Position numbers and translations under genes: made by a program. A stretch of DNA of 64,000 nt from a virus, in IMG/VR virus record IMGVR_UViG_3300036861_000610, positions 1-64,000 of that record. The stretch is one strand, 5' to 3'. The notes beneath the pieces are model-generated. The model had not been told where the DNA came from, did no database searches, and was given only the letters and a program-made list of their open reading frames with translations. Shown in pieces: positions 17,992 through 27,487 of this stretch. Within the stretch, counting starts at the first letter, position 1; every line of letters starts with the position of its first letter.

Positions 17992-18885
17992 GTGCGCAAG
18001 CACCACCTGGCAGCAGTTTTTGCTGCCACCATCGTGGCTGGCCTGTTTGGCTTTGCTGCACCCGCCCAAGCCGAAGAGCCCACCGCGGAGTCAAGGACGG
18101 TTGTCACCGACCTCGTCGACCGCGCCGATCACGGTCACGGAACTCCGCCGCCGGCAACCTGGGCCCTGGACACCTTCACCCGAACCGTCGAAATCACCGG
18201 CGGCCCCGCGTACGTGCTCCCGCAGCCCTCGCTCACAACAACCGAGGAACCAGTCCCAGCCGATATCGACGAGCAAGTTGCTGAGGCGAAGAAGCAGCCC
18301 GACCCGGAGTTCAACGTCTGCGATCTGGTCAAGCGATTCCACCTGCGGTGGAAGTACCACGCTGTGATCACCGACAAGGGCATTTTCAAGACCCTGGCCG
18401 GCGCAGCTTTGTCGCCCAACGCGGGCGCCGCCCTGCTCGGTGATGTTCCTGGCACGTTGGTCGGTGGCTTCACGGCCGACTTCACCGCGCCGGCCCACTG
18501 GTGCACGTTCAACGACACCAAGCTGAACGGCAAGACCATCGACGGCGACGACGCCCCAGCCACCTCGAAGTGGCTGGAGTGCCTGTTTGACAAGTTCGAC
18601 GGCAGCCCGATCAACGACGACTGGGTCTGGACGTACAAGACCTGCTCCGAGCAGTGGGTCGACTCGGCCGACAACAACGATGGTCAGGATGAGGGCGCTG
18701 GTGACATTACCGGCAAGCCGTGCCCGACCACCCCGGCGCCCACCACCCAGGCACCGGTTCTCACCGCTCAGCTGCCCGTCACAGGCGCATCGGTTACCTC
18801 TCCTGCGGTTCTGGGCGCAGTCCTGGTAGTTGTCGGGGCAGCCCTTCTGGCTGGCCTCGCACTGACCCGGCGTCGTCGGGCATAG
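17992..18885 (+). CDS. LPXTG cell-wall-anchored surface protein
   Basis: Signal peptide ending AQA; C-terminal LPVTG, hydrophobic helix and RRRR tail. Confidence 0.88.
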   Translation: MRKHHLAAVFAATIVAGLFGFAAPAQAEEPTAESRTVVTDLVDRADHGHGTPPPATWALDTFTRTVEITGGPAYVLPQPSLTTTEEPVPADIDEQVAEAKKQPDPEFNVCDLVKRFHLRWKYHAVITDKGIFKTLAGAALSPNAGAALLGDVPGTLVGGFTADFTAPAHWCTFNDTKLNGKTIDGDDAPATSKWLECLFDKFDGSPINDDWVWTYKTCSEQWVDSADNNDGQDEGAGDITGKPCPTTPAPTTQAPVLTAQLPVTGASVTSPAVLGAVLVVVGAALLAGLALTRRRRA

Positions 18886-18888
18886 CAA

Positions 18889-19068
18889 GTGGCCGTGGCC
18901 GAAGTCAAACGCACGTGTCCTGCATGTGGAGGGCGTACCACCCGGGCATGTGAGACGTGCTACGGAACAGGGACCATTCCGCAAGGGGGTAGGCGAATTA
19001 CCTGCCCCAACTGTCGGGGCAGCAGACAGGTTACGTGCCTTACTTGCTACGGCAGCGGAACACAGTAG
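18889..19068 (+). CDS. DnaJ-type zinc-ribbon microprotein (ZnF-7)
   Basis: CPACGG..CETCYGTG..CPNCRGS..CLTCYGSG; below the ORF-track cutoff. Confidence 0.75.
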   Translation: MAVAEVKRTCPACGGRTTRACETCYGTGTIPQGGRRITCPNCRGSRQVTCLTCYGSGTQ

Positions 19069-19236
19069 TAGGAACTGGGGCTCGGGAAACTCCTCGGGCC
19101 CCAGTTTTTAGGACCTATATATCGACGTATTCCAACAAATCGATGTCTCCAATCGAAAAACGACTCCCAGAAATTTTGAAAACAGCCTCTCTGCGATCCG
19201 TCCTTTTTGCGGTAGATTGCCTTTGTGGCAGGACGA

Positions 19237-19533
19237 ATGAGCGTTGACCTAGCTCGGCGGCAAGGTGCACACCTCGACTGCGAGGACTGCGATGACTTCG
19301 TGTCCGTCGGCGAGGTAACCAACCCGGTTGGCACTAACCGGCTAATGGAGTACTGGACCCACGGTAAGGGTGCCCTGAAGATTCGCTGGGGGATCTCAGG
19401 CTCCTTCAAGAGATGTGTCCGACATTTGCGTAAGTACTTCCCCAAGAACCCGGAGGGACTCTGCGCCAACCTACATAAGCGAGCAACTGGAGAATGGCCT
19501 ACCGAGCACGGCAAACACGGCATCCCCAGCTAG
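19237..19533 (+). CDS. Conserved actinophage hypothetical protein
   Basis: YWTHGKGALKIRWG...F.RCV..L.KY......CANLH..ATG.WP motif. Confidence 0.75.
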   Translation: MSVDLARRQGAHLDCEDCDDFVSVGEVTNPVGTNRLMEYWTHGKGALKIRWGISGSFKRCVRHLRKYFPKNPEGLCANLHKRATGEWPTEHGKHGIPS

Positions 19534-19561
19534 TCATGTCCAGAGAAAGGAAATGTGAGTC

Positions 19562-19705
19562 ATGGACAAGCTCGATCTTGTCTTATGGATCTTTGCCTTC
19601 GTCTGCTTCCTGATCGCCGGCATCTTCGGCAACCGAATCCCTCCGCGCATCGACCTTATTGCCATCGGCCTGGCGGCTGGAGCATTTACGTTCATCACCG
19701 GCTAG
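19562..19705 (+). CDS. Small two-TM membrane protein
   Basis: MDKLDLVLWIFAFVCFLIAGIFG...IAIGLAAGAFTFITG. Confidence 0.55.
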   Translation: MDKLDLVLWIFAFVCFLIAGIFGNRIPPRIDLIAIGLAAGAFTFITG

Positions 19706-19715
19706 GTTGCTTCTT

Positions 19716-20096
19716 GTGAGTCAACTACAACTCGACGTCTTAAACCACTGGTCCAACTGGACCAACCATCCCACTACTCGATGCCTGTCCACTGAAGAAT
19801 TTCGGCACATCGCCAATGGCTTCGCGGAAGCCGACAGCCCCGACCCCGCTGTCGCCCGCGAGGCCATCCTTGAAGACCTCCAGCCAGTCGCCCCCGAAGA
19901 GCCTCGACCCCAGTCCGCTCTCGCCCGCTATGGCTCCAGCAACGGCCGCACCAAGCTCAACGAGTGGCAGGTTTGCCTCATCCGGTCGATGCACACAATC
20001 TGGGGCATGAACGTTGCCCAACTCGCCCAGCGCTGGCAGCTGCCTCGGGAGACCGTCCGCGACATCGTGAAGCGACGAACCTGGAAGCACGTCTAG
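19716..20096 (+). CDS. HTH DNA-binding protein
   Basis: NGRTKL...VAQLAQRWQLPRETVRDIVKRRTWKHV. Confidence 0.65.
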   Translation: MSQLQLDVLNHWSNWTNHPTTRCLSTEEFRHIANGFAEADSPDPAVAREAILEDLQPVAPEEPRPQSALARYGSSNGRTKLNEWQVCLIRSMHTIWGMNVAQLAQRWQLPRETVRDIVKRRTWKHV

Positions 20097-20130
20097 CCCC
20101 CAGGTACCCCTACCGCCTACGCTGTGGTTC

Positions 20131-20517
20131 ATGGAGTCGAAGTTCACTCTGGTCCCCGACGAGCGCCGACCGGAGGACTACTACTCCCAGGAGACACCCG
20201 CCTGGGTGACCGAGCGGGAGCAGGCCGTCGCTGCATGCTCCCACCAGTGGGAGCTGGTCCTGGAGGACTGCAACACGGTCGAGCTGCAGTGCACCTTGTG
20301 TCCAGCTGGGGTCGACGACCTGTACCCAGACGGCCACGAGATGATGTGCTTCGGCAGCGACGACGGCCTCATCGAGGTCGAGCTTGGGCGGCACAACCTG
20401 CCTGACGAGGCCACCCCTGTCACCATCCCAGTGACTGCGGTAGTCATCTCCAACCGGACCTGGTACGGCGACTACGACGTTGAAATGATCATCAAACCAC
20501 GAGCCGAGGTGCCATGA
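20131..20517 (+). CDS. Hypothetical protein
   Basis: Coupled to next ORF. Confidence 0.65.
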   Translation: MESKFTLVPDERRPEDYYSQETPAWVTEREQAVAACSHQWELVLEDCNTVELQCTLCPAGVDDLYPDGHEMMCFGSDDGLIEVELGRHNLPDEATPVTIPVTAVVISNRTWYGDYDVEMIIKPRAEVP

Positions 20518-20759
20518 AAGTCTCCATCTCCGTCATCGCCCGGTACGCCCGCGGCCGACAGGTCCTGATGGTCAAGGCCAGCGACACCCAGAAACCCCAT
20601 CGCGTGGGCGTCGCTCCACTCCTTGACGAAGACGACGACGAGCAGTACGAGGCCGCCGTAGCCGCGGCCGTACAGCAGCTGATGGACAAGAGGACAGCCC
20701 TTCATGGGAGACGTAAGAAGAGACGGCAAGAAGTTGGTGCTGTCAGTAACGACAGCTGA
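20514..20759 (+). CDS. Hypothetical protein
   Basis: SD GAGG; ATGA overlap. Confidence 0.6.
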   Translation: MKVSISVIARYARGRQVLMVKASDTQKPHRVGVAPLLDEDDDEQYEAAVAAAVQQLMDKRTALHGRRKKRRQEVGAVSNDS

Positions 20760-21096
20760 TTGCGAGCTGCAGACCTTTCGGTCCGGAGGATCGGGAGGAC
20801 AAAATCAAAACAAGCGCGACACTGGGGTCAGGTTCATTCATAGAGAATCTGGCGCCCGCGGTGAAGCTCGGGATGAACGATCTCAGCTACAAAACAAGAA
20901 GCTTGCGTGGCGGCGCATGTATGAGACCAAGGAGTTCCAGCTGTGGCTGCGCCGCACTCTCGGTCAAGACGCAGCACGTGAGGCCGAAGAGGCCCGACAT
21001 GTTTCCAATTTTCACGTGCCGGCCGACGAGCTGAAGATCGAAGTGAAGGTCTACGGTCGCTGGGTAGAGGTCGGTGAAGACCTCCACCAGGCATGA
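20704..21096 (+). CDS. Peptide chain release factor-like protein (stand-alone RF-1/GGQ domain)
   Basis: TFRSGGSGGQNQNKRDTGVRFIH...ERSQLQNK. Confidence 0.88.
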   Translation: MGDVRRDGKKLVLSVTTADCELQTFRSGGSGGQNQNKRDTGVRFIHRESGARGEARDERSQLQNKKLAWRRMYETKEFQLWLRRTLGQDAAREAEEARHVSNFHVPADELKIEVKVYGRWVEVGEDLHQA

Positions 21097-21264
21097 TCAG
21101 CAGCGGCCAGACCCTCCACATTTTGAACACCTCGACACCCCTGAACCACCACAGCTAGTGCAGGGCTTCCCGTTGCGCGTCTTCGACCCTCCGCAGGTAC
21201 CGCAGTTGACGAAGCAGCCTCCGTTGCACTGTGGGCATGTCGACTGAGTCTTGTCCTTGGACAC
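21097..21264 (-). CDS. DnaJ-type zinc-ribbon microprotein (ZnF-8)
   Basis: SD AGGAG; CPQCNG..CGTCGGS..CTSCGGSG..CSKCGGSG. Confidence 0.8.
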   Translation of the reverse strand: MSKDKTQSTCPQCNGGCFVNCGTCGGSKTRNGKPCTSCGGSGVSRCSKCGGSGRC

Positions 21265-21361
21265 GGCTTCTCCTAGCCCATTATCCGATAAGCAACAAAC
21301 AGGCCCGCAATTACCAAGATAATGACGGCCGCTACCCCGGTGGTTGTCGGGCGGCGTGACA

Positions 21362-21622
21362 TCATGTTCGTTGCTCCTGTCGACGCGGTCCATGAAGCTT
21401 GGCATATTCGGCCTTCGCTTCGTAGATTCGGCCCCCTGGCGTCATCTCAAATTCCTTGAGAAAACACTGTCCACATCGGACTGTCGCAAGTGGCCTCTCT
21501 GGAGTACATGCTGCAGGTGCCCCACACTGAGGACATGTTCCCCACACATTAGGACCGTGGTCGGTAATTATGTACGGCCTGCCGTCACTGTAGAAAAAGG
21601 TGTCGAATACCTCGGCCGGCAT
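21362..21622 (-). CDS. Small zinc-ribbon protein
   Basis: CPQC...CGQC. Confidence 0.55.
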   Translation of the reverse strand: MPAEVFDTFFYSDGRPYIITDHGPNVWGTCPQCGAPAACTPERPLATVRCGQCFLKEFEMTPGGRIYEAKAEYAKLHGPRRQEQRT

Positions 21623-21635
21623 CACTGCACCCCGA

Positions 21636-21887
21636 TTAGCCGTTTGGTTGTTGCTGACGTCCACGCTGCTGCGCAAACAGTGCCTCCACTGTGGCGAAGC
21701 GATCTTTGGCAACACTCTCGTCGAACTGCCAAGGCTCAGTCCCGTTGCCCTGCAACCCCCAGCCGGTGACTCCCCCGTCCTCGCCTAGAGCAAGATACAG
21801 GGCGAAGCCCCTCGGGTGAAACACCGTGGCGTTGATCAACCACAGCAGGCCACTCGTCCGGAGGGCATCGAAGGGGAGTTCAGTCAT
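21636..21887 (-). CDS. Hypothetical protein
   Basis: GLLWLINATVFHPRGFAL motif typical of phage proteins. Confidence 0.7.
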   Translation of the reverse strand: MTELPFDALRTSGLLWLINATVFHPRGFALYLALGEDGGVTGWGLQGNGTEPWQFDESVAKDRFATVEALFAQQRGRQQQPNG

Positions 21888-22068
21888 CGGTCGTCTCAGC
21901 CTTACACCACGGGCACCGATAGAAGCCCACGCCCTGCCCGTTTTCGCCGATCATGACCCACGGGTGCCGGCCGCCGTCGAGGTCGGTGGGGTCCCCGCAG
22001 CAGCTGCGTTTCTCGCCCAAATGCTGCCGCGGCCCCTGCTGTACCCCAGTCTCAATCTCGGCCGTCAC
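21880..22068 (-). CDS. Small Cys-containing protein
   Basis: GTGA overlap with primase gene. Confidence 0.55.
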   Translation of the reverse strand: MTAEIETGVQQGPRQHLGEKRSCCGDPTDLDGGRHPWVMIGENGQGVGFYRCPWCKAETTDD

Positions 22069-24611
22069 CGCATGCTCCCCAGGACCCCGAACTGCAGGTC
22101 CACCCGCAGCCCCTTCCACAGGGCATGGCCGCCGACCTTGAGAGGCTCGAACCCAAGCGTCTTCAGCTGGTTCTGGAACCTGCGCGCCCCAAGGGTTTGC
22201 ATGTGGTTCTCCTGACAGTACTGGTCGAACAACGCCCGAATCTGGGACGAGCGTGTCTCGGCGCTGGGGTCAAGAATCAGGACACCCTCCTCGATCTTGT
22301 CCCGGATGAAGCTGGCGGTGATATTGACGTCGATCCGGTACGCCTCGACGTCCGCAGTGATGGCCGCCGGCTCATCCAGGCCCCGCAGCCGATACGCCTG
22401 CAGACCCTCCAGTAGCCAGTTCAGGATGCCGTCAGCCTCCTGGGCCAGGATGTTTGCGTAGCCGCGGATCTCCTCCGGCCCTGATCCGCCGAACTCCGTG
22501 TTCATCAGGATCGTCTTGGCTCGCCGCCAGATGGCATTGTCGTCAGAGTTCACCCTGGGCAGGAAGTTGGTGGCGATCCAAATGACACAGCTTGGCCGCC
22601 ACTCGGTGAAGGCCTCGTAGTGTCCGCGCGACGTAACCATGTCACCGCCGGAGATCCGCTTCACCAGATCCTCGTCAAGCTGCTGCCCTTCCGGCATCTC
22701 AGATGTAGCAACGAATCTGGCGCCCTTGAGTTTGTGCAGGTCCAACGTCTCGGACTGTTTCTTGATCCGGAACGTGGAGGCTGGCGCCGTAGCGCCGTAC
22801 CCGCCGAACACCTTGGTCATGACGTTGGTGAAGACGGACTTGCCCGTACCGGACGGTCCGTGCAGCAGGAACAGTGTCCGCTCCGTCGGCCGGCCGAGAA
22901 GGCTGTAGCCCATGGCCCGCTGGACGTAGTCCCGTACCGCGTCGTCCGGGAACGCATCGACCATGAACTGGCGGAACAGTGGCGCCTCGGCGTCCTTGTC
23001 CAGCTGTGCGCCCATGGTGAGGGTGAGCATGTTGGCTGGGTCATGGTCGAGGAGTTGACCAGAGACGAGATCCAGGGTGCCGTTGTCCAGGTTCAGCAGG
23101 TCGGGGTCTGCGTCGAACACGTCGGTGATGATCGAGATACCGGGCTCGACGGAGAACATCTTGATCGCTGCTTCGATCTTGCCTTTGTTCTTCAGCATGG
23201 TGGCGTCGTGGTACCGCCGCTTGGCCGACTTCAGCTCGTCCGGGTCGCCCAGTGCTTCAGCCAGGCTGAGACCTTCACTGGCCTGGCGCACGGCATCTTC
23301 GGCGCAGTGCACGGCAGCACGCCAAATGGACTGGTGCTCGTCCTTGCGCCAGACCTTGCCGTCCCACTCGTACCAGAACTTGTCCCGGGTGTTGTACCGG
23401 AACCTGTCCCCGTAGAAGTGCTTCATGCGTCGCCCGCTACCCGTATCGGTGAGGTCTAAGCCCCCTTGTGGGGGTAAGACTACCGGTGCTGGCGCGTTCG
23501 GCTGAAAAGGCGTCAGAGCTGCACTCTGAGACACAGCCGGCTGCGACCCGAAACCTTGACGGCGCAAGGCTTGTGCCGCCCGAGAAAGATCACCGCCATG
23601 GTGGTAATGGGCATAGACATAGAACTTCGACAGTGGCGTCTCCGTCGGCAACCCCGCCGATGTGGACCAGACGTACAGCCGGTCCTTGTCCCCCTTGTAC
23701 CCGGTGGTGGCGGAGTGCCCGTCCCGCGCATCCTTGCCTGGACGCACCCAGAACGTCTCGCCCCCCACCCGATGACTCACCGACCAGCCTTGGCCGGTGA
23801 ACCACGGCTCGTCCCAGTCGGTCTTCAAATCCCAGTCGTCACCTGGCCGCAGTTCGCCACCGGCCGGACGCACGGCTACCTCTGCGCGCGGCGGTGCCGG
23901 CGGAGCTGGCGGCGTCTGATCCAGAGCGGCGGTGATAGCCATGTGCAGGGTGGTGCGCTGCGACCACGTCAGCTCCGGAAGAACACCTACCCGCCCGGCC
24001 AGGACCTCCCACGGCAATCCCGACTCGTGGCAGTACCCCGGGGTTGGGGCAACAACAACGTAGCCACCTTCACCGCGGGTCTCGGCCCTGGTGCGCCAGA
24101 TCTTCTGATCCGGGTTCCGTTCCCGGATCCCGCGCTCGCTCTCCGTCAACTCATCGTCAGTGGCCAGCCGCATCGCCAGCTTCGTGTTGCCGGGCACCTC
24201 GTGGTCGGGCACCCTGTACATCAGGTGGATGCCACCCGAAGGGCTCCACTCCGCGTACCCGGTAGACAGCAGCGAGTCCCACAGGTCCTCGATCCCGCGA
24301 GCTAGGCACTCCTCCCGGACCTTGTCCAGGTCGGCGCCAGAGGCAGCGTCCGCCTCCAGCTCGGTCATCTCCAGGTTGCCAGAGATCTTGCCGCAGATGG
24401 CAGCCACGCCGAGCTGCTGCCCGGGACGCCACAGCCATTCGACCTGCTCCCTGGTCAGCGGCCGGGTCTGCAGTTCCTTCCAGTCCATCGAGGGCTTCTT
24501 CTTGCTGCCCGGGAGGATGGGGACGACCGAAACCCGCGCTTGCCACCAGGGCTGGGCAATGTTGACGTGAGCACCACTATCTGTTGTGGTTGCAGGAGCG
24601 GCAGTTGTCAC
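22065..24611 (-). CDS. Primase-polymerase / SF3 (D5/P4-like) helicase
   Basis: N-terminal bifunctional primpol (SPSGGIHL, RGEGGYVV); D5_N region; Walker A GPSGTGKS; TNFLP; AIWRR. Confidence 0.92.
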   Translation of the reverse strand: MTTAAPATTTDSGAHVNIAQPWWQARVSVVPILPGSKKKPSMDWKELQTRPLTREQVEWLWRPGQQLGVAAICGKISGNLEMTELEADAASGADLDKVREECLARGIEDLWDSLLSTGYAEWSPSGGIHLMYRVPDHEVPGNTKLAMRLATDDELTESERGIRERNPDQKIWRTRAETRGEGGYVVVAPTPGYCHESGLPWEVLAGRVGVLPELTWSQRTTLHMAITAALDQTPPAPPAPPRAEVAVRPAGGELRPGDDWDLKTDWDEPWFTGQGWSVSHRVGGETFWVRPGKDARDGHSATTGYKGDKDRLYVWSTSAGLPTETPLSKFYVYAHYHHGGDLSRAAQALRRQGFGSQPAVSQSAALTPFQPNAPAPVVLPPQGGLDLTDTGSGRRMKHFYGDRFRYNTRDKFWYEWDGKVWRKDEHQSIWRAAVHCAEDAVRQASEGLSLAEALGDPDELKSAKRRYHDATMLKNKGKIEAAIKMFSVEPGISIITDVFDADPDLLNLDNGTLDLVSGQLLDHDPANMLTLTMGAQLDKDAEAPLFRQFMVDAFPDDAVRDYVQRAMGYSLLGRPTERTLFLLHGPSGTGKSVFTNVMTKVFGGYGATAPASTFRIKKQSETLDLHKLKGARFVATSEMPEGQQLDEDLVKRISGGDMVTSRGHYEAFTEWRPSCVIWIATNFLPRVNSDDNAIWRRAKTILMNTEFGGSGPEEIRGYANILAQEADGILNWLLEGLQAYRLRGLDEPAAITADVEAYRIDVNITASFIRDKIEEGVLILDPSAETRSSQIRALFDQYCQENHMQTLGARRFQNQLKTLGFEPLKVGGHALWKGLRVDLQFGVLGSMR

Positions 24612-24868
24612 TTGACCACCAATGACAGATCTGCCATCATCGCTCCCTGGGTGAGGGGTGCCCCAGGGTAGGGGTCCTCGTTGCGTGAAAACGAGGGCCC
24701 CTCGGGGGCCAGGCCGGGTTGGTTCACTGACTCTAGACCCGCCGAAGGGCCGCCCGCTAGATCCGAATTCGTGGTGTCGCCGGTACGCTCAACTGGCTCT
24801 CTCCAGGAGCTGTGGGGTCCGACCAGGCCGGGGCGGTTCAGGTCGGACCCCACATTTGGATCTTGAGA

Positions 24869-25063
24869 CTACTCGCTGACCTCGTCGCCCAGGTCCAAGA
24901 TCGACAGCACGTCCTGGGACTTAACGATGAGCACGTACTCGCGACCGTCCGAGAACTTGATCCAGCCCCCTTCGTCTAGCCGGTAGGACTTTGCGCTGAC
25001 CTTTGTGACAGCGCCGTTGCCGGCCAGAGACGTGTCTCGGTACGCGATTTCGTAGAGAGCCAT
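24869..25063 (-). CDS. Hypothetical protein
   Basis: SD GGAGG. Confidence 0.7.
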   Translation of the reverse strand: MALYEIAYRDTSLAGNGAVTKVSAKSYRLDEGGWIKFSDGREYVLIVKSQDVLSILDLGDEVSE

Positions 25064-25065
25064 GA

Positions 25066-25395
25066 TCAGGCCTCCGTGACGGCGGCCGGAGCTGGCGCCG
25101 CCTTCTTGGTCACCTTGACCGCCTTGGTCACCTTGACCTTGGGCGCGTCGTCGTCCTCAACCCTCTCAGGCCAGTGCCAGGTCCCGCCAGCCTTCGTGTC
25201 CTCGTCCTGCAGGCAGGCATTGTGGTGCGTACCCGTCGGGGTCATTACGAACAGGTCGACCTTCTTCGGCGGCCGGCCGCGGCCAGCCGTTGGCGCGCTG
25301 GTGATGATGGCCGCCCGACACTCCGACTTGTAGGTGCCGTCTGCGGATCCGTGAGAAACGTAGTGGACCATCCGGCTAACGCTTGGCTTCGTCAT
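25066..25395 (-). CDS. Conserved phage hypothetical protein
   Basis: KPSVSRMVHYV...CRAAIIT...GGTWHWPERV. Confidence 0.75.
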   Translation of the reverse strand: MTKPSVSRMVHYVSHGSADGTYKSECRAAIITSAPTAGRGRPPKKVDLFVMTPTGTHHNACLQDEDTKAGGTWHWPERVEDDDAPKVKVTKAVKVTKKAAPAPAAVTEA

Positions 25396-25418
25396 TCTTT
25401 CGCTTTCTTCTTGTGCCG

Positions 25419-26183
25419 TCAGAACGGCGGTTCAGAGTTGAATGTGGCCTGACGTGCGGCCTCTGCGGCGGCCTGTTGCTCGGCAAGCAGCCGCTGCTGA
25501 CGGTGATGCTGCAGCACCGTCAGTTCTTCCTGGGTGGGCTGGTAGGAGCCCTGAACCCCCACGTATTGAGCCGGGGGAGCTGGTGGTGGTGGCGGAGCTG
25601 CGTTGCCGCTGGAACGCATCGAATCCAGCGTGTGGCTCTGCGCCGGGCCCTGCTGGTAGCCGCCGGCCGGGGACTGCGGCGCCGACTGGTAGCCCTGCGC
25701 TGCACCGCCCTGGTAGCTGTACCCCGCCGGGGTCGTCTCCGCGGGCGTCGGGCTGCGGATGACGAACGGCGAAGGCTGGAAGTTCGGGTTGGCCTGCAGC
25801 CACGCCGACGCCCGCTCCCGAGCAGTGGGGTCACCAGACATGTCGACAACCACCCAGGGCGCGTTCATCCCGTTCCGCGCCACGCCCTGGCCGATGGTGC
25901 CCAGGACCTTGTTCCCGATCTGCGACTTCAGCGACGCGATCAGCTGCGCCTGCATGAAGTTCGAGTTGCGGTACACCTTGCCCGGCAGGCCGTTCTCGTT
26001 CTTGTCGTCCAAATCGACCACGTCAACTGCGATGCCGTCCGATGGCTTGTTGCCTTGCCCGGAGAACTTGGTCTGGATGAACGGGATGTAACCGATGGGA
26101 TAAATAATTACGAGGTGGCCGTTTAGCTGGGCCGGCTTGACGAATTCGCCGCCTTCGACGACCCGTCCCCACTCCTCTGTCAT
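25419..26183 (-). CDS. Probable ssDNA-binding protein
   Basis: Replication-module context; folded N-domain, Q/P/G-rich linker, C-terminal EPPF. Confidence 0.6.
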   Translation of the reverse strand: MTEEWGRVVEGGEFVKPAQLNGHLVIIYPIGYIPFIQTKFSGQGNKPSDGIAVDVVDLDDKNENGLPGKVYRNSNFMQAQLIASLKSQIGNKVLGTIGQGVARNGMNAPWVVVDMSGDPTARERASAWLQANPNFQPSPFVIRSPTPAETTPAGYSYQGGAAQGYQSAPQSPAGGYQQGPAQSHTLDSMRSSGNAAPPPPPAPPAQYVGVQGSYQPTQEELTVLQHHRQQRLLAEQQAAAEAARQATFNSEPPF

Positions 26184-26207
26184 TGGACTCTCTCCTGTTG
26201 CTTGAGG

Positions 26208-26477
26208 CTAGATGCTTGAGACTTGGTGCTTGTTGCTGTTGGCGGGTCGCGTTGGCCTGATCTTCTGAATCAAAATGTCGACCGCCTCGGCCCCATTGAT
26301 GCTGTGCTGTCCTCCGCGTTGGAAGTCGGCCCAGTCCATGAATTCGGCGATAAGCCACTCATGCACAGCGTCCTCCGCAGCACTGATCATTTCCTCGCGC
26401 GGCATTCCGCAGAGTTCGCCCCGAGAGGCCAGAGCGGCGGATATGTGCCGGTCGACCACTTCGCGAAACGTACCCAT
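26208..26477 (-). CDS. Hypothetical protein
   Basis: TAATG coupling. Confidence 0.65.
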   Translation of the reverse strand: MGTFREVVDRHISAALASRGELCGMPREEMISAAEDAVHEWLIAEFMDWADFQRGGQHSINGAEAVDILIQKIRPTRPANSNKHQVSSI

Positions 26478-26707
26478 TACTGAACGTCGGGCTGTGGTTC
26501 TGGCGCCTTGAAGTCAGCAGCCGGGATGGTGACGTCGTCGAACTTGTCAGGCGCGCTGACGACATCACTGACGTCACTTTCCCGCAGAGCCTGAATGTCG
26601 GCTTCGACCTCGGCCAGGACGCCGGTCCACTTTTCGATAGCGGTCAGTGCCCGGTCCCGAGCCTTCATCTTTGCGGCTACTGCCTCATACCATGCTGCGT
26701 CTGGCAT
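26477..26707 (-). CDS. Hypothetical protein
   Basis: SD GAGGAG; TAATG coupling. Confidence 0.7.
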   Translation of the reverse strand: MPDAAWYEAVAAKMKARDRALTAIEKWTGVLAEVEADIQALRESDVSDVVSAPDKFDDVTIPAADFKAPEPQPDVQ

Positions 26708-26961
26708 TACTTCTCCTCGATCGGATCCGATGATGGGGTCTTGGTCTTGTTCTGCGCCTGCCAGCCTTTCACCGTCAGGGAAGTCTCCCGGATCAGCTGT
26801 AGGTGACGTGAGGGGGAACCGGCAATCTCGCAGAGGAACGCGTAGATGTCCAGCACCTTGGGCAGCAAGGCGTCCTGCGCCCGGAAGACGACGACCGGCT
26901 CGTCCTCGCCAATGGTCCCGCGTTCGACTGTCACGCGGCCGTACTTACCATCGATACCCAT
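26707..26961 (-). CDS. Conserved hypothetical protein
   Basis: DEPVVVFRAQD motif; SD GGAGG. Confidence 0.75.
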   Translation of the reverse strand: MGIDGKYGRVTVERGTIGEDEPVVVFRAQDALLPKVLDIYAFLCEIAGSPSRHLQLIRETSLTVKGWQAQNKTKTPSSDPIEEK

Positions 26962-26963
26962 AT

Positions 26964-27167
26964 CTAGTCCTCCTTGCCCCAGCTTCCAAGCAGTGTTTCC
27001 AGCTCAACATCTTCATGATTCTCTAGCAGGGTTCGGAGCGAATCCTCGAAGAGCTTCATTCCGCCCAAGTAGGCATTAGCTTTTCGCTGATGCTTTTCCT
27101 GCTGCTTGAGGCAATAGTTGTACTGGTCGACAATTTCCTTGGCACCATTGCGCCACGGTTCTGTCAT
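26964..27167 (-). CDS. Hypothetical protein
   Basis: SD GGAGG; ATGA overlap. Confidence 0.7.
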   Translation of the reverse strand: MTEPWRNGAKEIVDQYNYCLKQQEKHQRKANAYLGGMKLFEDSLRTLLENHEDVELETLLGSWGKED

Positions 27168-27487
27168 TTCCCTACCTCCAGTTCGGGGAATCTGCTGCGG
27201 ACCTTATCCGCCTGCTTCTGCAGCACTGGCTCCGGGTCGAACCCGAGCCCAGCAATCAGCACCAGGGAACACATCACCAAATCAGCCAGCTCGTCAACCA
27301 CTCGCCACGCCTGGCCCGTCGCCGGCTTCCGCACATTGACCCCGGCGTACTTCTCGTACTCCTCAATGACCTCGCCAAATTCGCTGGCCAACAGCAGCAT
27401 CTGGCGATCCATCGTGACGCCAAGCGACGCGAAATGCCGAGCACCATCGAGAGCAAAGTGGCCATATTCGGGATCAAGAAGTGGCAT
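27164..27487 (-). CDS. MazG-like all-alpha NTP pyrophosphohydrolase
   Basis: SEFGEVIEE...DELADL acidic metal-binding pattern. Confidence 0.65.
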   Translation of the reverse strand: MPLLDPEYGHFALDGARHFASLGVTMDRQMLLLASEFGEVIEEYEKYAGVNVRKPATGQAWRVVDELADLVMCSLVLIAGLGFDPEPVLQKQADKVRSRFPELEVGK

